64,000 bases of DNA from an uncultured Eubacteriales bacterium (lineage in GTDB: Bacteria > Bacillota > Clostridia > Peptostreptococcales > Anaerovoracaceae): contig CADCHO010000003.1 in NCBI GenBank assembly GCA_902801255.1, positions 20,188-84,187 on the forward strand, read 5' to 3'. Both the position numbers and the translations under genes were made by a program. How positions within the stretch are numbered: the stretch's first letter is position 1; each line of letters begins with the position of its first letter. Under the pieces are notes generated by a model, which was not told where the DNA came from, did not search any database, and saw nothing but the letters and a program-made list of their open reading frames with translations. Below are positions 1 through 9,744 of the stretch, one piece after another.

Positions 1-575
1 ACGCATGATGTGTTTCCGAATCCGCCCTGATGCTTATCACCGATCTTCGCTCCCAGTGCACATGCAGCATCTTCTATGACTTTCAGGCCATACTCTTCAG
101 CAATCGCATTGATTGCATAAATATCGCAGCACAGTCCGAATTCATGGACAGGCACGATTCCCCAAAGAACGTTTCCGGTTTCGCTGTTCACAAGCTTGCC
201 GTCCTTCATGACATAGTCTCTGCTGATGATCTCTCTGACCGCTTCAGCATCAACATTGAAGGTTTCTTCGTGTATATCTACCATGACAGGAGTTGCACCC
301 GCCGCCACGATGGAATTCTCGGTGGCAACGAATGTGAATGCAGGGACGATAGCATCCATGCCGGGACCCATCCACTCGCCTACCATAGCAAGATGCAAAG
401 CTGTTGTACAGGAAGTCGTCGCGACTCCCTCTTTAATGCCTTCATGCTCGGCTATCTTCTTTTCGAATTCAACACATCTCGGTCCGTTTGCGACCCATCC
501 TGAGTCAAGGGATCCTTTGATCTGTTCAAGCTCTTCTTCATCAAAATATGGTTTTGTAACCGGAATTTTTCTCAT
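1..575 (-). CDS. DegT/DnrJ/EryC1/StrS-family sugar aminotransferase, N-terminal part only (gene runs off the left edge)
   Basis: Not in the ORF track because it is open to the edge. My reverse-complement translation from ATG 575..573 gives MRKIPVTKPYFDEEELEQIKGSLDSGWVANGP..., a canonical DegT N-terminus. The start lies 1 nt after the TAA (579..577) of the upstream gene. The + ORFs 30..503 and 226..900 are antisense shadows. Confidence 0.8.
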   Translation of the reverse strand, partial: MRKIPVTKPYFDEEELEQIKGSLDSGWVANGPRCVEFEKKIAEHEGIKEGVATTSCTTALHLAMVGEWMGPGMDAIVPAFTFVATENSIVAAGATPVMVDIHEETFNVDAEAVREIISRDYVMKDGKLVNSETGNVLWGIVPVHEFGLCCDIYAINAIAEEYGLKVIEDAACALGAKIGDKHQGGFGNTSC

Positions 576-576
576 C

Positions 577-1140
577 TTATTCACCCTTTTCCGTCATGAC
601 GCCGTCATTAAGCTCGTACTGCCTTCCGCAGCATGGGCATTTCAGGTTGTCATCAAGCTTCTGACCGCACTTGCATACCCATGCAATTCTGCGTGCAGGG
701 TTACCTACTACCAATGCATATGCAGGAACATCCTTTGTGACCGTGCTGCCGCATCCTACCATGGCGTATTCGTTGATAGTTATACCGCATCTTACCGTGC
801 TGTTTGCACCGATGGAAGCTCCTTTTTTGACAAGCGTGTCGGAAATCTGCCAGTCAGCATTGAAAGCTCTTGGGAACATGTCATTTGTGAAGGTCATTGA
901 TGGTCCGAGGAACACATCATCCTCTACTGTTACTCCATGATACACATTTACATTGTTCTGGACTTTGACACGGTTTCCAAGCTTTACATGCTCGTCGATA
1001 TATACGTTTTTGCTGATGATGCAGTTCTCACCGATCTCTGCATCATTCCTTACCTGGGCCTGATTCCAGATCTTTGTTCCGTCTCCGATCACTGCTGCAT
1101 CACTTACTTCTGCTGTCGGATGTATGAAAATATTACTCAT
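577..1140 (-). CDS. Left-handed beta-helix (hexapeptide) N-acetyltransferase, WbpD/WlbB-like, with a C-terminal Cys4 ribbon
   Basis: [20 protein letters not shown]..., hexapeptide repeats, [24 protein letters not shown] tail. Start trimmed to ATG 1140, directly after the stop of the upstream aminotransferase (1142). Confidence 0.85.
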   Translation of the reverse strand: MSNIFIHPTAEVSDAAVIGDGTKIWNQAQVRNDAEIGENCIISKNVYIDEHVKLGNRVKVQNNVNVYHGVTVEDDVFLGPSMTFTNDMFPRAFNADWQISDTLVKKGASIGANSTVRCGITINEYAMVGCGSTVTKDVPAYALVVGNPARRIAWVCKCGQKLDDNLKCPCCGRQYELNDGVMTEKGE

Positions 1141-1141
1141 A

Positions 1142-2338
1142 TTATTTGTCCTCGTAGAATCTGTTAACCGTTTCAATAACGTAATTTACCTGCTCATCTG
1201 TCATTTCAGGGAATACCGGCAGGCATACCGACTGAGCAGAGATCATCTCTGCTACAGGCAGGCTGTCTCCTGAGATCCTGCTGTTTTTCGCATTAAATGC
1301 TTTCTGCTGATGAAGCGGTACCGGGTAGAATGTGCCATTGCCTACACCATTCTCCGAAAGGAATGCGCAAAGCTCACTCTTATACTCAGAACGTATTACG
1401 AACTGATGCCAGCAAGGCTTTGTGTCTTCAGCATACTGAGGCAGTTTGATCTTGTCTGTGAGTCCGTCAAAATACTTCTTTGCGATAGCAGCACGCTTTG
1501 CGTTGTACTCATCAAGATGTTTGAGCTTTACCGAAAGAACAGCCGCCTGCATAGCATCAAGACGCGAGTTGTGTCCGATAACATAGTTGAAGTACTTATA
1601 AGGGTTATACAGCTCTGTAGCCTCTTCAGCCGTATCGATAGACTCCTTGATACCTTCCTGAAGTTCAAGAGTTTTCGCTCCTGCTTCGCCTGCGCCATGC
1701 TCTTTATATGCTTTAAGCATAGTGTAGATGTCATCATCATTAGTGGTGACCATGCCGCCGTCGCCTGCACCGCCAAGATTTTTGGTAGGATAGAAAGAGA
1801 AACATCCGACATCACCAAGTGTTCCGGCCTTTTTCCCCTTATATTCACTTCCTATAGCCTGAGCATCATCCTCTATCACTTTGAGGCCGTGCTTCTTTGC
1901 GATCGCATTAATCCTGTCCATTTCTGCCGGAGCACCGAAAATATGTACCGGAAGAATCGCCTTTGTTTTTTCTGTGATCGCCTCCTCGATCTTATCAGGA
2001 TCGATGTTGTAATCGTTCTCCCTGACATCCACAAATACCGGAACAGCACCGACAGAAGCGATTGCTTCGGCTGTTGCGAAGAAAGAGAACGCGGTGGTAA
2101 TGACCTCATCACCAGGCTTCACATTGCATGCCTTCAGTCCGAGTACAAGCGCTTCTGTTCCGCTTGAGCATCCGGCTACATGTTTTGCCTTCAGATAGTC
2201 CTCCATTTCTTTCTCAAATCCGCTTACATAAGGACCGTTGATAAAGCAGCACTTGTCGAGAATATCAAGAAGTGCAGGCGCGATTTCATCTTTTATTTCT
2301 TTATATTGAGCCTTTAGATCTAAAAACGGTACGTTCAT
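1142..2338 (-). CDS. DegT-family PLP-dependent sugar aminotransferase (WbpE-like)
   Basis: 398 aa. [12 protein letters not shown].., [22 protein letters not shown] (Lys-containing PLP motif). GGAGG RBS upstream. Confidence 0.9.
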   Translation of the reverse strand: MNVPFLDLKAQYKEIKDEIAPALLDILDKCCFINGPYVSGFEKEMEDYLKAKHVAGCSSGTEALVLGLKACNVKPGDEVITTAFSFFATAEAIASVGAVPVFVDVRENDYNIDPDKIEEAITEKTKAILPVHIFGAPAEMDRINAIAKKHGLKVIEDDAQAIGSEYKGKKAGTLGDVGCFSFYPTKNLGGAGDGGMVTTNDDDIYTMLKAYKEHGAGEAGAKTLELQEGIKESIDTAEEATELYNPYKYFNYVIGHNSRLDAMQAAVLSVKLKHLDEYNAKRAAIAKKYFDGLTDKIKLPQYAEDTKPCWHQFVIRSEYKSELCAFLSENGVGNGTFYPVPLHQQKAFNAKNSRISGDSLPVAEMISAQSVCLPVFPEMTDEQVNYVIETVNRFYEDK

Positions 2339-2399
2339 CTGTGTTTTTCCTCCCCTTTTATGCTGCCCTTTATTATTATATTAACTATAAAAATTATTA

Positions 2400-3368
2400 T
2401 CAGTCATAAGTTGCGCGTTCAAGCGCTTTTTCGCATATCTGTATTGCGCGGATAGCTACCTTTCCGTCTACCAGAACATCCTGCCCGTTGACGACTGCCT
2501 CATAAAAACTCTGAAGCTCTGCTCTGAGCGGCTCTATGATCGGCACAAATATCTTCTGCACTACAGCATCCTGTTTGTAAGCTCCGGAATGTCCGCTGTC
2601 AACCATCATCTCAGTGCCCTTTGTCACTGTAAGTGTCTTGTTGAGCAGGTCTGCATATACAACGCTTTCATCAGTATGAATCTCAAGCGTTCTTTCCTTG
2701 CTCTGCGAAACTCTGCTTGCATTTATAACTGCATGTGCATTGGATGAAAAGTCCAGCATGCAAGTCGCAAAATCGGTAGCCCCCGACTTTATAAGCTCTC
2801 CGTTGCCGCGTATATCGGTAACAGTCGCAGGCTCCATGAGATCGCATACGATATCGATGTCATGGATCATGAGGTCTTCAATAACGCTGACGTCCTTGAT
2901 GCGTCCGCTGCCGCTGAATGGACTGTAGCGATGAGCCTCGATGTAAAAGATGTTCTTGCCGTCAAGAATCTTTTTAGCCTCTTGTACAACGGCATTGAAT
3001 CTCTCGATATGGCCTACCTGCAGTTTGAGTCCGGCCTTTTCAAAAGCATCTGTCAGTAACTGCGCATCCTCGCTCGTAGTAGCAAGCGGCTTTTCAATAA
3101 GAGCATTTACTCCGTGCTCAAACACTTTCAAGCCGATTTCTTTATGCAGGGAAGATGGTACCGCAACTACTACAGCATCTACAGCGTCCAACAATTCCTC
3201 TATTGTTTTAAACGCTTTTGTGTCATACTTTTCTGCTACAGCAGCAGCCTGATCGTCATTTGCATCGTAGATACCGACAAAATCAAATCTCTTTTCATCG
3301 CTTATATTACGCACATGGTTCAAACCCATATGTCCGGTACCAATCACGCCTATCCTGAGTTTTTTCAT
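2400..3368 (-). CDS. Gfo/Idh/MocA-family NAD-dependent sugar oxidoreductase (WbpB-like)
   Basis: 322 aa. MKKLRIGVIGTGHMG Rossmann N-terminus, EKPLA motif. Confidence 0.9.
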   Translation of the reverse strand: MKKLRIGVIGTGHMGLNHVRNISDEKRFDFVGIYDANDDQAAAVAEKYDTKAFKTIEELLDAVDAVVVAVPSSLHKEIGLKVFEHGVNALIEKPLATTSEDAQLLTDAFEKAGLKLQVGHIERFNAVVQEAKKILDGKNIFYIEAHRYSPFSGSGRIKDVSVIEDLMIHDIDIVCDLMEPATVTDIRGNGELIKSGATDFATCMLDFSSNAHAVINASRVSQSKERTLEIHTDESVVYADLLNKTLTVTKGTEMMVDSGHSGAYKQDAVVQKIFVPIIEPLRAELQSFYEAVVNGQDVLVDGKVAIRAIQICEKALERATYD

Positions 3369-3426
3369 CTTTCCCTCTCCTTATTATCATTATGCAAACT
3401 GAATATATTTACAAACGGCAGAGCAC

Positions 3427-5814
3427 CTATATACCACTACCGATCTTCCAGAAGTACTTCGCTCCATCTTCACTTATTAACGGCTCAACACCGATTTCCC
3501 TAGTTATGCTTTCTATATCCTTCTCAGCCTTTCCCTTTTTCTTTTTATAATTTCGCTCATATAACTTTTTATCTAAATAGATTCCACCATACCCGGCATT
3601 TTTTATTTTACTTATCATTTGAGGCACTTCACATTTGGCTACAGCCTTTTGCCACTGTGCTTCCTCACGTCCCTGCATTGCGCCATAGCTCCAGTGAATA
3701 TTTTCTGTCTCAAGATATCCATTAAACATCCCGTATGAACCCTCGATATAGGAGGACGGCCACTCAAGATACGGCAATGTGAAGATCATATCTCCGCTAT
3801 TAAGTTCGCTTTCTATCCGGCCAAAGAACTGCCTTGAATTATTAAATTCTGAAGTGTCATACGGTATGAAATCAACAGTCTGGTCGAAAATTCCTACTGC
3901 CAGTATGCATAGGCTTATGCATATAACCCGCCGGTAATCAATTATATCCCTGAGGCCGTCTATCATCATTCCGATGATCAGCAGGCTGAGGAACATTATG
4001 ATAAGCGACATTCTGTTGTAACTCCTCATTGGCAGCACTATTGCTACTGAGATAATGCTTCCGATTCCTCCGATGGTAGCAATGATAAATGTCGCAAAAT
4101 TAAGCCAGCTTATCTCTTTATACTTATTCTTATCTGAAAAGATCAGCAGGAGCGATACAAGCAGTCCGAGTGATGCTATCAGACCTATCGATGCAGTTGA
4201 ATTTTCATTGACTAAAGGATAATTCCTGAAATATCCTGCTGCGATGCTGTTGAAAAGTGCGATCCTGTGCCCTATCCTCGGCAATATCAGCTGTACCAGT
4301 TTAAGCCCAAACGTCTCTACGTCACCTCTGTTGCGTACAGCCAGTTCTCCAAACGAATTTGTTCCTTCCAGTACCCAATACAGAACATTCGGCATAGCAT
4401 TGATAACCACACCTGTAACAGTTGAGGCAATAAATGCAAGAGGATACATCTCCTTTTTAATTGCTCTCCCGCGTTTATTTATTATCCGTATAACCATTGA
4501 AGCGGCAAGCAGGGCACATGTGAAGTAAGCATAGTACATACCTGTAAAAGCACACATGAAAGCCAGCATCATTCCGCACCAGAACTGCCTGTCGCGCTTG
4601 TCAGGATCGAGCTGGTCAGGGATCCTGCCCTTTACGACGTTAAGTGAGAGCATGCAGGCTATTGGAAGTGTGTAATACGGTGTAAGCCATATATGCACAT
4701 ATCTCATCTGTATAAACGAGCTGAATGCAAAAAGTATGCCAACCACATAAGAGCTGCTTCTACTGACATTCTGGTTTCTGGAAGCAGCGGCCGCAATGAT
4801 CGCAATAAGATAAAAGTTTGCAAAATAGAACAGGTTTATGATCAGGTAGGGATTGTCACTGAACAGCCCTATCAGTTTTACACAAATAAACGACAGACTG
4901 TCTGAATACGGATAGTCAAACATATCTCCGCCTGACAGTCCTCCTACTAAAGGATTCGCCATTGACAAGCCATTTCGGTCAATGTTTTTTGCAAGATAAT
5001 ATACCCCCATTTCATCTCCGCCGGCATATACAAGCGGAAATGAAATATCTGCTTTTCTGTACAGGAAAAGTAATAATATCGTCACCGAAAACACTATTGC
5101 GGCATAAAGAACTACCTCTCTTCTGAAATCCGGTGTCATTTTTATTCTTTTTCCCGGTTCCCTCCTTTTTATCCTTAGCCAGACATAGATAATAAGGTAG
5201 GAGAGCACTAAAAACAGAACCACCTGCATGATTTTTGCTGTGATCCACACAAGTATGCTGCTGTCTCTTGTTACTGTAAGAAAGTCTACTTTAAGGTTCT
5301 TTATCTCTATTCCGGCACTCCCGGAGGTGAATATCCTTAATTGGCAACTTTCGGGATGCTCTCCCCTGTAAAATGCTATTTCCTGCCGGATCTTATTCTC
5401 ACCGTGCTTCAGTTTAACAGTAAATTCATCACACGGATCATCAAAACCATCTCCGTACAGATCCACAGTCAGCTTGGTTTTCTTATCCGCTTTGTTTACT
5501 GCGGTAAAGCTGACCCTCAAAGAATCTCCTTTCAGGAGAAAAATTCCACTTGTAAACAGTTTAGGCCCTTTGTCAGCATCTGTTATCAGTACATTTTCTT
5601 CTACATGGTCATAAGGACTTTCAGAATCAAGCATATCTGAAGTATTCAGCACGTTTTTTTCAAGTACCTCAGTATATGTGACATCATCTATATGCGGAAT
5701 AATGGTAGAAGCAAGAATGCTGGCTACCAATACGACAAGCGCTATATAAGCCCTGCCTCCGTGAAAAATCTTTTTTTTGTTTCTTTGCTCCTTTGCAGAT
5801 CTACACATACACAT
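3427..5814 (-). CDS. Large polytopic membrane protein, GT-C-like (YfhO/GtrC-type candidate), with an extra N-terminal TM plus exported beta-rich module
   Basis: 795 aa with more than 10 hydrophobic helices. Residues ~215-795 align by eye with the 583-aa protein at 12649..14400 (NIHWSYGAMQGRE vs NLRWSYGSFAGEK). ATG 5814 with AAAGG upstream. Confidence 0.7.
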   Translation of the reverse strand: MCMCRSAKEQRNKKKIFHGGRAYIALVVLVASILASTIIPHIDDVTYTEVLEKNVLNTSDMLDSESPYDHVEENVLITDADKGPKLFTSGIFLLKGDSLRVSFTAVNKADKKTKLTVDLYGDGFDDPCDEFTVKLKHGENKIRQEIAFYRGEHPESCQLRIFTSGSAGIEIKNLKVDFLTVTRDSSILVWITAKIMQVVLFLVLSYLIIYVWLRIKRREPGKRIKMTPDFRREVVLYAAIVFSVTILLLFLYRKADISFPLVYAGGDEMGVYYLAKNIDRNGLSMANPLVGGLSGGDMFDYPYSDSLSFICVKLIGLFSDNPYLIINLFYFANFYLIAIIAAAASRNQNVSRSSSYVVGILFAFSSFIQMRYVHIWLTPYYTLPIACMLSLNVVKGRIPDQLDPDKRDRQFWCGMMLAFMCAFTGMYYAYFTCALLAASMVIRIINKRGRAIKKEMYPLAFIASTVTGVVINAMPNVLYWVLEGTNSFGELAVRNRGDVETFGLKLVQLILPRIGHRIALFNSIAAGYFRNYPLVNENSTASIGLIASLGLLVSLLLIFSDKNKYKEISWLNFATFIIATIGGIGSIISVAIVLPMRSYNRMSLIIMFLSLLIIGMMIDGLRDIIDYRRVICISLCILAVGIFDQTVDFIPYDTSEFNNSRQFFGRIESELNSGDMIFTLPYLEWPSSYIEGSYGMFNGYLETENIHWSYGAMQGREEAQWQKAVAKCEVPQMISKIKNAGYGGIYLDKKLYERNYKKKKGKAEKDIESITREIGVEPLISEDGAKYFWKIGSGI

Positions 5815-5826
5815 AAGCCTTTCAAA

Positions 5827-6048
5827 TCAAGCTGTTTCCTCAAAGAACCTTTTGTACTTTTCAATAAACCCCCCAAGAAAAGCTTTTTTTACAAAGACTT
5901 TCCCGTTTATACCCTTTGTTTCTGCAGCATCATGTTTATCCTGCTTGTCTACACCAGATTCTATTGCAAAAATTCCGTCCCTTGTATTGTCATATGGAAT
6001 GTCGGAGTCCTGAAAAGTTGTCGTTCCGGGAATATCCCACTGTGTTTT
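5827..6048 (-). pseudogene. Remnant of the C-terminus of a GT4 (family 1) glycosyltransferase
   Basis: My translation of the 'intergenic' minus strand, bounded by TGA at 6051..6049 and TGA at 5829..5827, has no start codon. It reads ..DGIFAIESGVDKQDKHDAAETKGINGKVFVKKAFLGGFIEKYKRFFEETA*. Compare the C-terminus of the GT at 14949..16157: ..AAEVMGINGRDFVKKSFSWDVIIEKYKKFFGD. Confidence 0.5.
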
Positions 6049-6051
6049 TCA

Positions 6052-6612
6052 TTATAAACCTTCATATTTCAAGCGAAATGTTTCAAAGCTCATCAGATTT
6101 TTGTCTTTCTCTGATACTATGGGATGCTTCGTTTCCCAAGCTATTCCTAATTCTGGTGAATTATATATAAGTCCTGTATCTGCGCCTTTTATATATTCTC
6201 CAATACATTTATATGACATAACTGCAAAGTCAGAAAGAACTTCGAATCCATGTGCAAATCCACGTGGTATATACAATACTTTATGGTTTTCTGCTGATAA
6301 GTTTACTTTTAAATGTCTCCCAAATGAAGCTGATCCTTTTCTAAGGTCAACGACAACATCATTTATTTCCCCATAAACCGTATGGACTATTTTTATCTGT
6401 GGATTTGCCGTCTGAAAATGTAATCCTCTTATTACACCTTTAACTGAATACGATTCAAAATCTTCAGCAGTTATGCCTTCTATTCCGAGCATCTCGAACA
6501 CATCCTTTTCGTAGTATTTAAGAAAATATCCTCTTCTATCTTCTCTTACAAAGGGTGTAATAACTTTTACTCCTTCTATATCAAGTGTTTCTATTTTGAA
6601 GTCCGTATTCAT
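6052..6612 (-). CDS. RmlC-fold cupin sugar-nucleotide 3,5/5-epimerase (AscE-like candidate)
   Basis: RGLHFQ, YIPRGFAHGF, GIAW motifs. Start trimmed to ATG 6612 (MNTDFKIE), which makes an ATGA overlap with the upstream stop at 6609. Confidence 0.85.
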   Translation of the reverse strand: MNTDFKIETLDIEGVKVITPFVREDRRGYFLKYYEKDVFEMLGIEGITAEDFESYSVKGVIRGLHFQTANPQIKIVHTVYGEINDVVVDLRKGSASFGRHLKVNLSAENHKVLYIPRGFAHGFEVLSDFAVMSYKCIGEYIKGADTGLIYNSPELGIAWETKHPIVSEKDKNLMSFETFRLKYEGL

Positions 6613-7523
6613 ACTTCTTTTGTCTCCTTCATCCATGATATTGTTCTAGCAACCCCTTCATAAAACGAAATTTCATTTTTACAGCCCATCTTGTCAATCT
6701 TGTTTGTCTCAATGTTTTTATAATCCAGAAAAGGTCCATTGAAAGGAACTTCTCCGAACATCAATTTCGATGTGCTTCCACAGATTTTTTTCATTTCTAT
6801 TACAAAGTCCTTTAGCTGTCTTTGTTCCGGGTTGCCAAGGTAATAACTTTGCATGTCAGTGCCATGTTTTCCTAAAAACAGCATCTTTCGTACTGCATCG
6901 GTAATATATATAAAATCATACAGCTGATTTCCTTCTGTCAGCGGTATGTCTTCATTCCCTATCATTTTCCTGAGAGTGCTATTAAAGAATCTAGGGGATG
7001 TCTCTCCTATCCCATATATATTAGATATCACAATATTAATGTAGTCTATTTTTTTATTATACGACACTGTCTTTGCCATATAGTCGGCACATAGTTTTGC
7101 GGTACTGTATATATATCCCAATCCAGGCCTACAGTTATCTTCAGAAAGATATTGTATTGCTTCGTATTCCATAATACTGCCAGCATTAATAAACTTTTTA
7201 CAATTAATCTCATCTGCGGTAACTAAAGCATTATACGTTCCTAGCACATTGCATAATTGTAGCTCAACATCTGCCCTGCCATTTCCTGAGGTCGCGCTCC
7301 ATCCAAGGTGATACCAGACATCACAGTCTTTAACAACACTGTATTTTTTCAGGTCTTTAATTTCGTTCAGGTCACAACATAAAATGGTTATTTTGTTTTT
7401 CCAACTGTCAGGTATTTTTTGAGGATCACGAACCACCGCAATGACTTCTTCTCCTGAACTAATCATTGCATTTATTAGATTGCTTCCCAAAAAACCTGTT
7501 GCGCCAGTGACTATTGCCTTCAT
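6609..7523 (-). CDS. NAD(P)-dependent SDR epimerase/reductase (CDP-4-keto-3,6-dideoxyhexose reductase candidate)
   Basis: 304 aa. MKAIVTGATGFLGSNL Rossmann motif and YSTAK catalytic Y-x3-K. Confidence 0.8.
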   Translation of the reverse strand: MKAIVTGATGFLGSNLINAMISSGEEVIAVVRDPQKIPDSWKNKITILCCDLNEIKDLKKYSVVKDCDVWYHLGWSATSGNGRADVELQLCNVLGTYNALVTADEINCKKFINAGSIMEYEAIQYLSEDNCRPGLGYIYSTAKLCADYMAKTVSYNKKIDYINIVISNIYGIGETSPRFFNSTLRKMIGNEDIPLTEGNQLYDFIYITDAVRKMLFLGKHGTDMQSYYLGNPEQRQLKDFVIEMKKICGSTSKLMFGEVPFNGPFLDYKNIETNKIDKMGCKNEISFYEGVARTISWMKETKEV

Positions 7524-7529
7524 TTGAAT

Positions 7530-8357
7530 CTACGCTTTCACTTTCAGATAAACTATCCTTGCAAACATTCTGAATATAAACATTCCTCGATGTATACAGT
7601 CATCAACTTTTTTTGTACTCATGTAATTATTATTATGGATATTACTCATCATTCTTGAGTCATCCTTAATATAAGTCTGTAATTTGGTTTTACTTGTTTG
7701 ATTATTTTTTGACACTCTGTATTTCATGAGCACTTCCGATATGTAACCCACTTTACCTGTATTAGCGATTTTTAGCCACATATCCCAATCTGCAGAGTAA
7801 TACATTGACGCATCAAAGCCTCCCGTTTCATTAAGTGCTGACTTCCTGAACAACACATTAGAAGGTTCCCCAAAGAGATTCTTTTCACGGTATGACCTTA
7901 ATGATATCTTTTTCCCTTCCATTATCTTGTTATTATTGAAAATACGCCGCTTCATCAGCGACGTCCCGTTTTCATTTATTATTTCAGAGGCACTAAATAC
8001 CATAACAACATCTTTATTTTCCCTCATGATATTGACTTTTTTCTCTATACAATCTCTGTTGAGTAAATCGTCAGCACATAATATGGTTATGTATTCACCT
8101 TTAGCATACTCTAAACATTTATTCCAATTACCAACCATGCCAAGGTTCTCGCTGTTCTGATACAAGCGAATATGACCCGACATATTCGCCTGCACAATAT
8201 TTACAGTATTATCTTCTGAACAATTATCTACTACTACTATTTCAATATTCTCATATGTTTGGTTTATAGCTGATAACAAAGTATCTCTAATGGTATTTTC
8301 GCCATTAAATACTGGAATACATATGCTTACTAAATCTTTTGAATTACTATTAATCAT
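7530..8357 (-). CDS. Family 2 (GT-A) glycosyltransferase
   Basis: 275 aa. VSICIPVFNGENTI.., VVDNCSEDNT, CADD motif. Confidence 0.85.
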   Translation of the reverse strand: MINSNSKDLVSICIPVFNGENTIRDTLLSAINQTYENIEIVVVDNCSEDNTVNIVQANMSGHIRLYQNSENLGMVGNWNKCLEYAKGEYITILCADDLLNRDCIEKKVNIMRENKDVVMVFSASEIINENGTSLMKRRIFNNNKIMEGKKISLRSYREKNLFGEPSNVLFRKSALNETGGFDASMYYSADWDMWLKIANTGKVGYISEVLMKYRVSKNNQTSKTKLQTYIKDDSRMMSNIHNNNYMSTKKVDDCIHRGMFIFRMFARIVYLKVKA

Positions 8358-8403
8358 ACCTTTTAATCTACTGCATTTTTATATTTAAGCATTTATATAT
8401 AAC

Positions 8404-9744
8404 TTATTTCACAGATTTGATTATTACCTCTGCCATATAATCTATCATCTCATCTGTCATCCCCGGATACACGCCGACCCAGAAAGAGTTATTCATGATG
8501 AAGTCCGTAGTTTCAAGACTTCCGACTACTCTATATGCATCTGTCCCTCTGATTTGGTCGAAGCAAGGATGCTTTGTCAGATTTCCGGAGAAGAGGAGTC
8601 TCGTCTGTACGTTATGTTCCTCTATATTTTTTGTGACTTTGTTTCTTTCCAAGCCGCTCTCTGGCTTTACCGAGATTAGGAATCCAAACCATGATGGCTC
8701 GCTGTTCTCTGCCGGTTCTGGCAAAATCAACTTATCTGCAACAACCTGGAGTTCTTCACGGAGTCTGTTCCAGTTGTATCTTCTTCTTTCAATGAATGAG
8801 GGAAATTTCTTAAGCTGCTCACAGCCAACGGCCGCCTGCATATCCGTCACCTTAAGATTGTAACCAAAGTGACTGTATACATACTTATGATCATATCCGA
8901 ACGGAAGCTCTCCAAACTTCCCATCAAATCTATGACCACATAGATTATCCCTACCGGACGGACAAACACAGTCGCGTCCCCAGTCGCGATATGAAAGAAT
9001 TAGCTTGTGCAACAACGGATTATCTGTATAAACACATCCACCCTCTCCCATAGTCATATGATGAGGAGGATAGAAGGACGATGCTCCTACATCCCCCCAT
9101 GTTCCGGTATACTTCGTTACACCATCAATCGTGTATTTAGAACCCAGGGCATCGCAGTTGTCTTCGATAAGCCACAGCTCATGCTTTCTGCAAAATTCTT
9201 TTATCGCTTTAATATCAAATGGATTTCCCAAAGTATGCGCGATCATCACAGCCTTGGTTTTTGAGCTAAGGGCAGCTTCAAGCTGAGTCACGTCAATATT
9301 GTATTGTGGCACTGTAACATCAACGAATACAGGTACTGCTCCGTATTGCAGAATCGGAGTAACTGTGGTTGGGAATCCGGCGGCTACTGTTATTACCTCG
9401 TCACCCGGCTTGATTCGTCTCTCTTCTAATTCAGGAGCCGTGAGTATCATAAATGCGAGCAGATTTGCAGATGATCCACTGTTAACAAGATGTGCGTACT
9501 TCACGCCTATCCACTTCGCGAATTCTTTTTCAAATTGATCTGCGAATCTTCCTGTAGTCAGCCAGAAATCCAGGGTAGCATCAGTAAGAGCCTGCATCTC
9601 CTTCTCATCAAACACTCTTGATGCATAACTAACACGATCACCCGGCTTGAACTCTCCTTTATTCTTTTTAAAAGCGTGATAATATTCTGCAACCAGTGCT
9701 TTTATCTGTTCTCTAGCTTCAGCTTCATTTTCCCAATTTGCCAT
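8404..9744 (-). CDS. rfbH: CDP-6-deoxy-D-xylo-4-hexulose-3-dehydrase (E1, RfbH/DdhC/AscC type)
   Basis: 446 aa. FYPPHHMTMGEGG has His where DegT enzymes have the PLP Lys. CVCPSGRDNLC matches the C-x-C-x7-C 2Fe-2S motif of E1. Confidence 0.9.
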   Translation of the reverse strand: MANWENEAEAREQIKALVAEYYHAFKKNKGEFKPGDRVSYASRVFDEKEMQALTDATLDFWLTTGRFADQFEKEFAKWIGVKYAHLVNSGSSANLLAFMILTAPELEERRIKPGDEVITVAAGFPTTVTPILQYGAVPVFVDVTVPQYNIDVTQLEAALSSKTKAVMIAHTLGNPFDIKAIKEFCRKHELWLIEDNCDALGSKYTIDGVTKYTGTWGDVGASSFYPPHHMTMGEGGCVYTDNPLLHKLILSYRDWGRDCVCPSGRDNLCGHRFDGKFGELPFGYDHKYVYSHFGYNLKVTDMQAAVGCEQLKKFPSFIERRRYNWNRLREELQVVADKLILPEPAENSEPSWFGFLISVKPESGLERNKVTKNIEEHNVQTRLLFSGNLTKHPCFDQIRGTDAYRVVGSLETTDFIMNNSFWVGVYPGMTDEMIDYMAEVIIKSVK

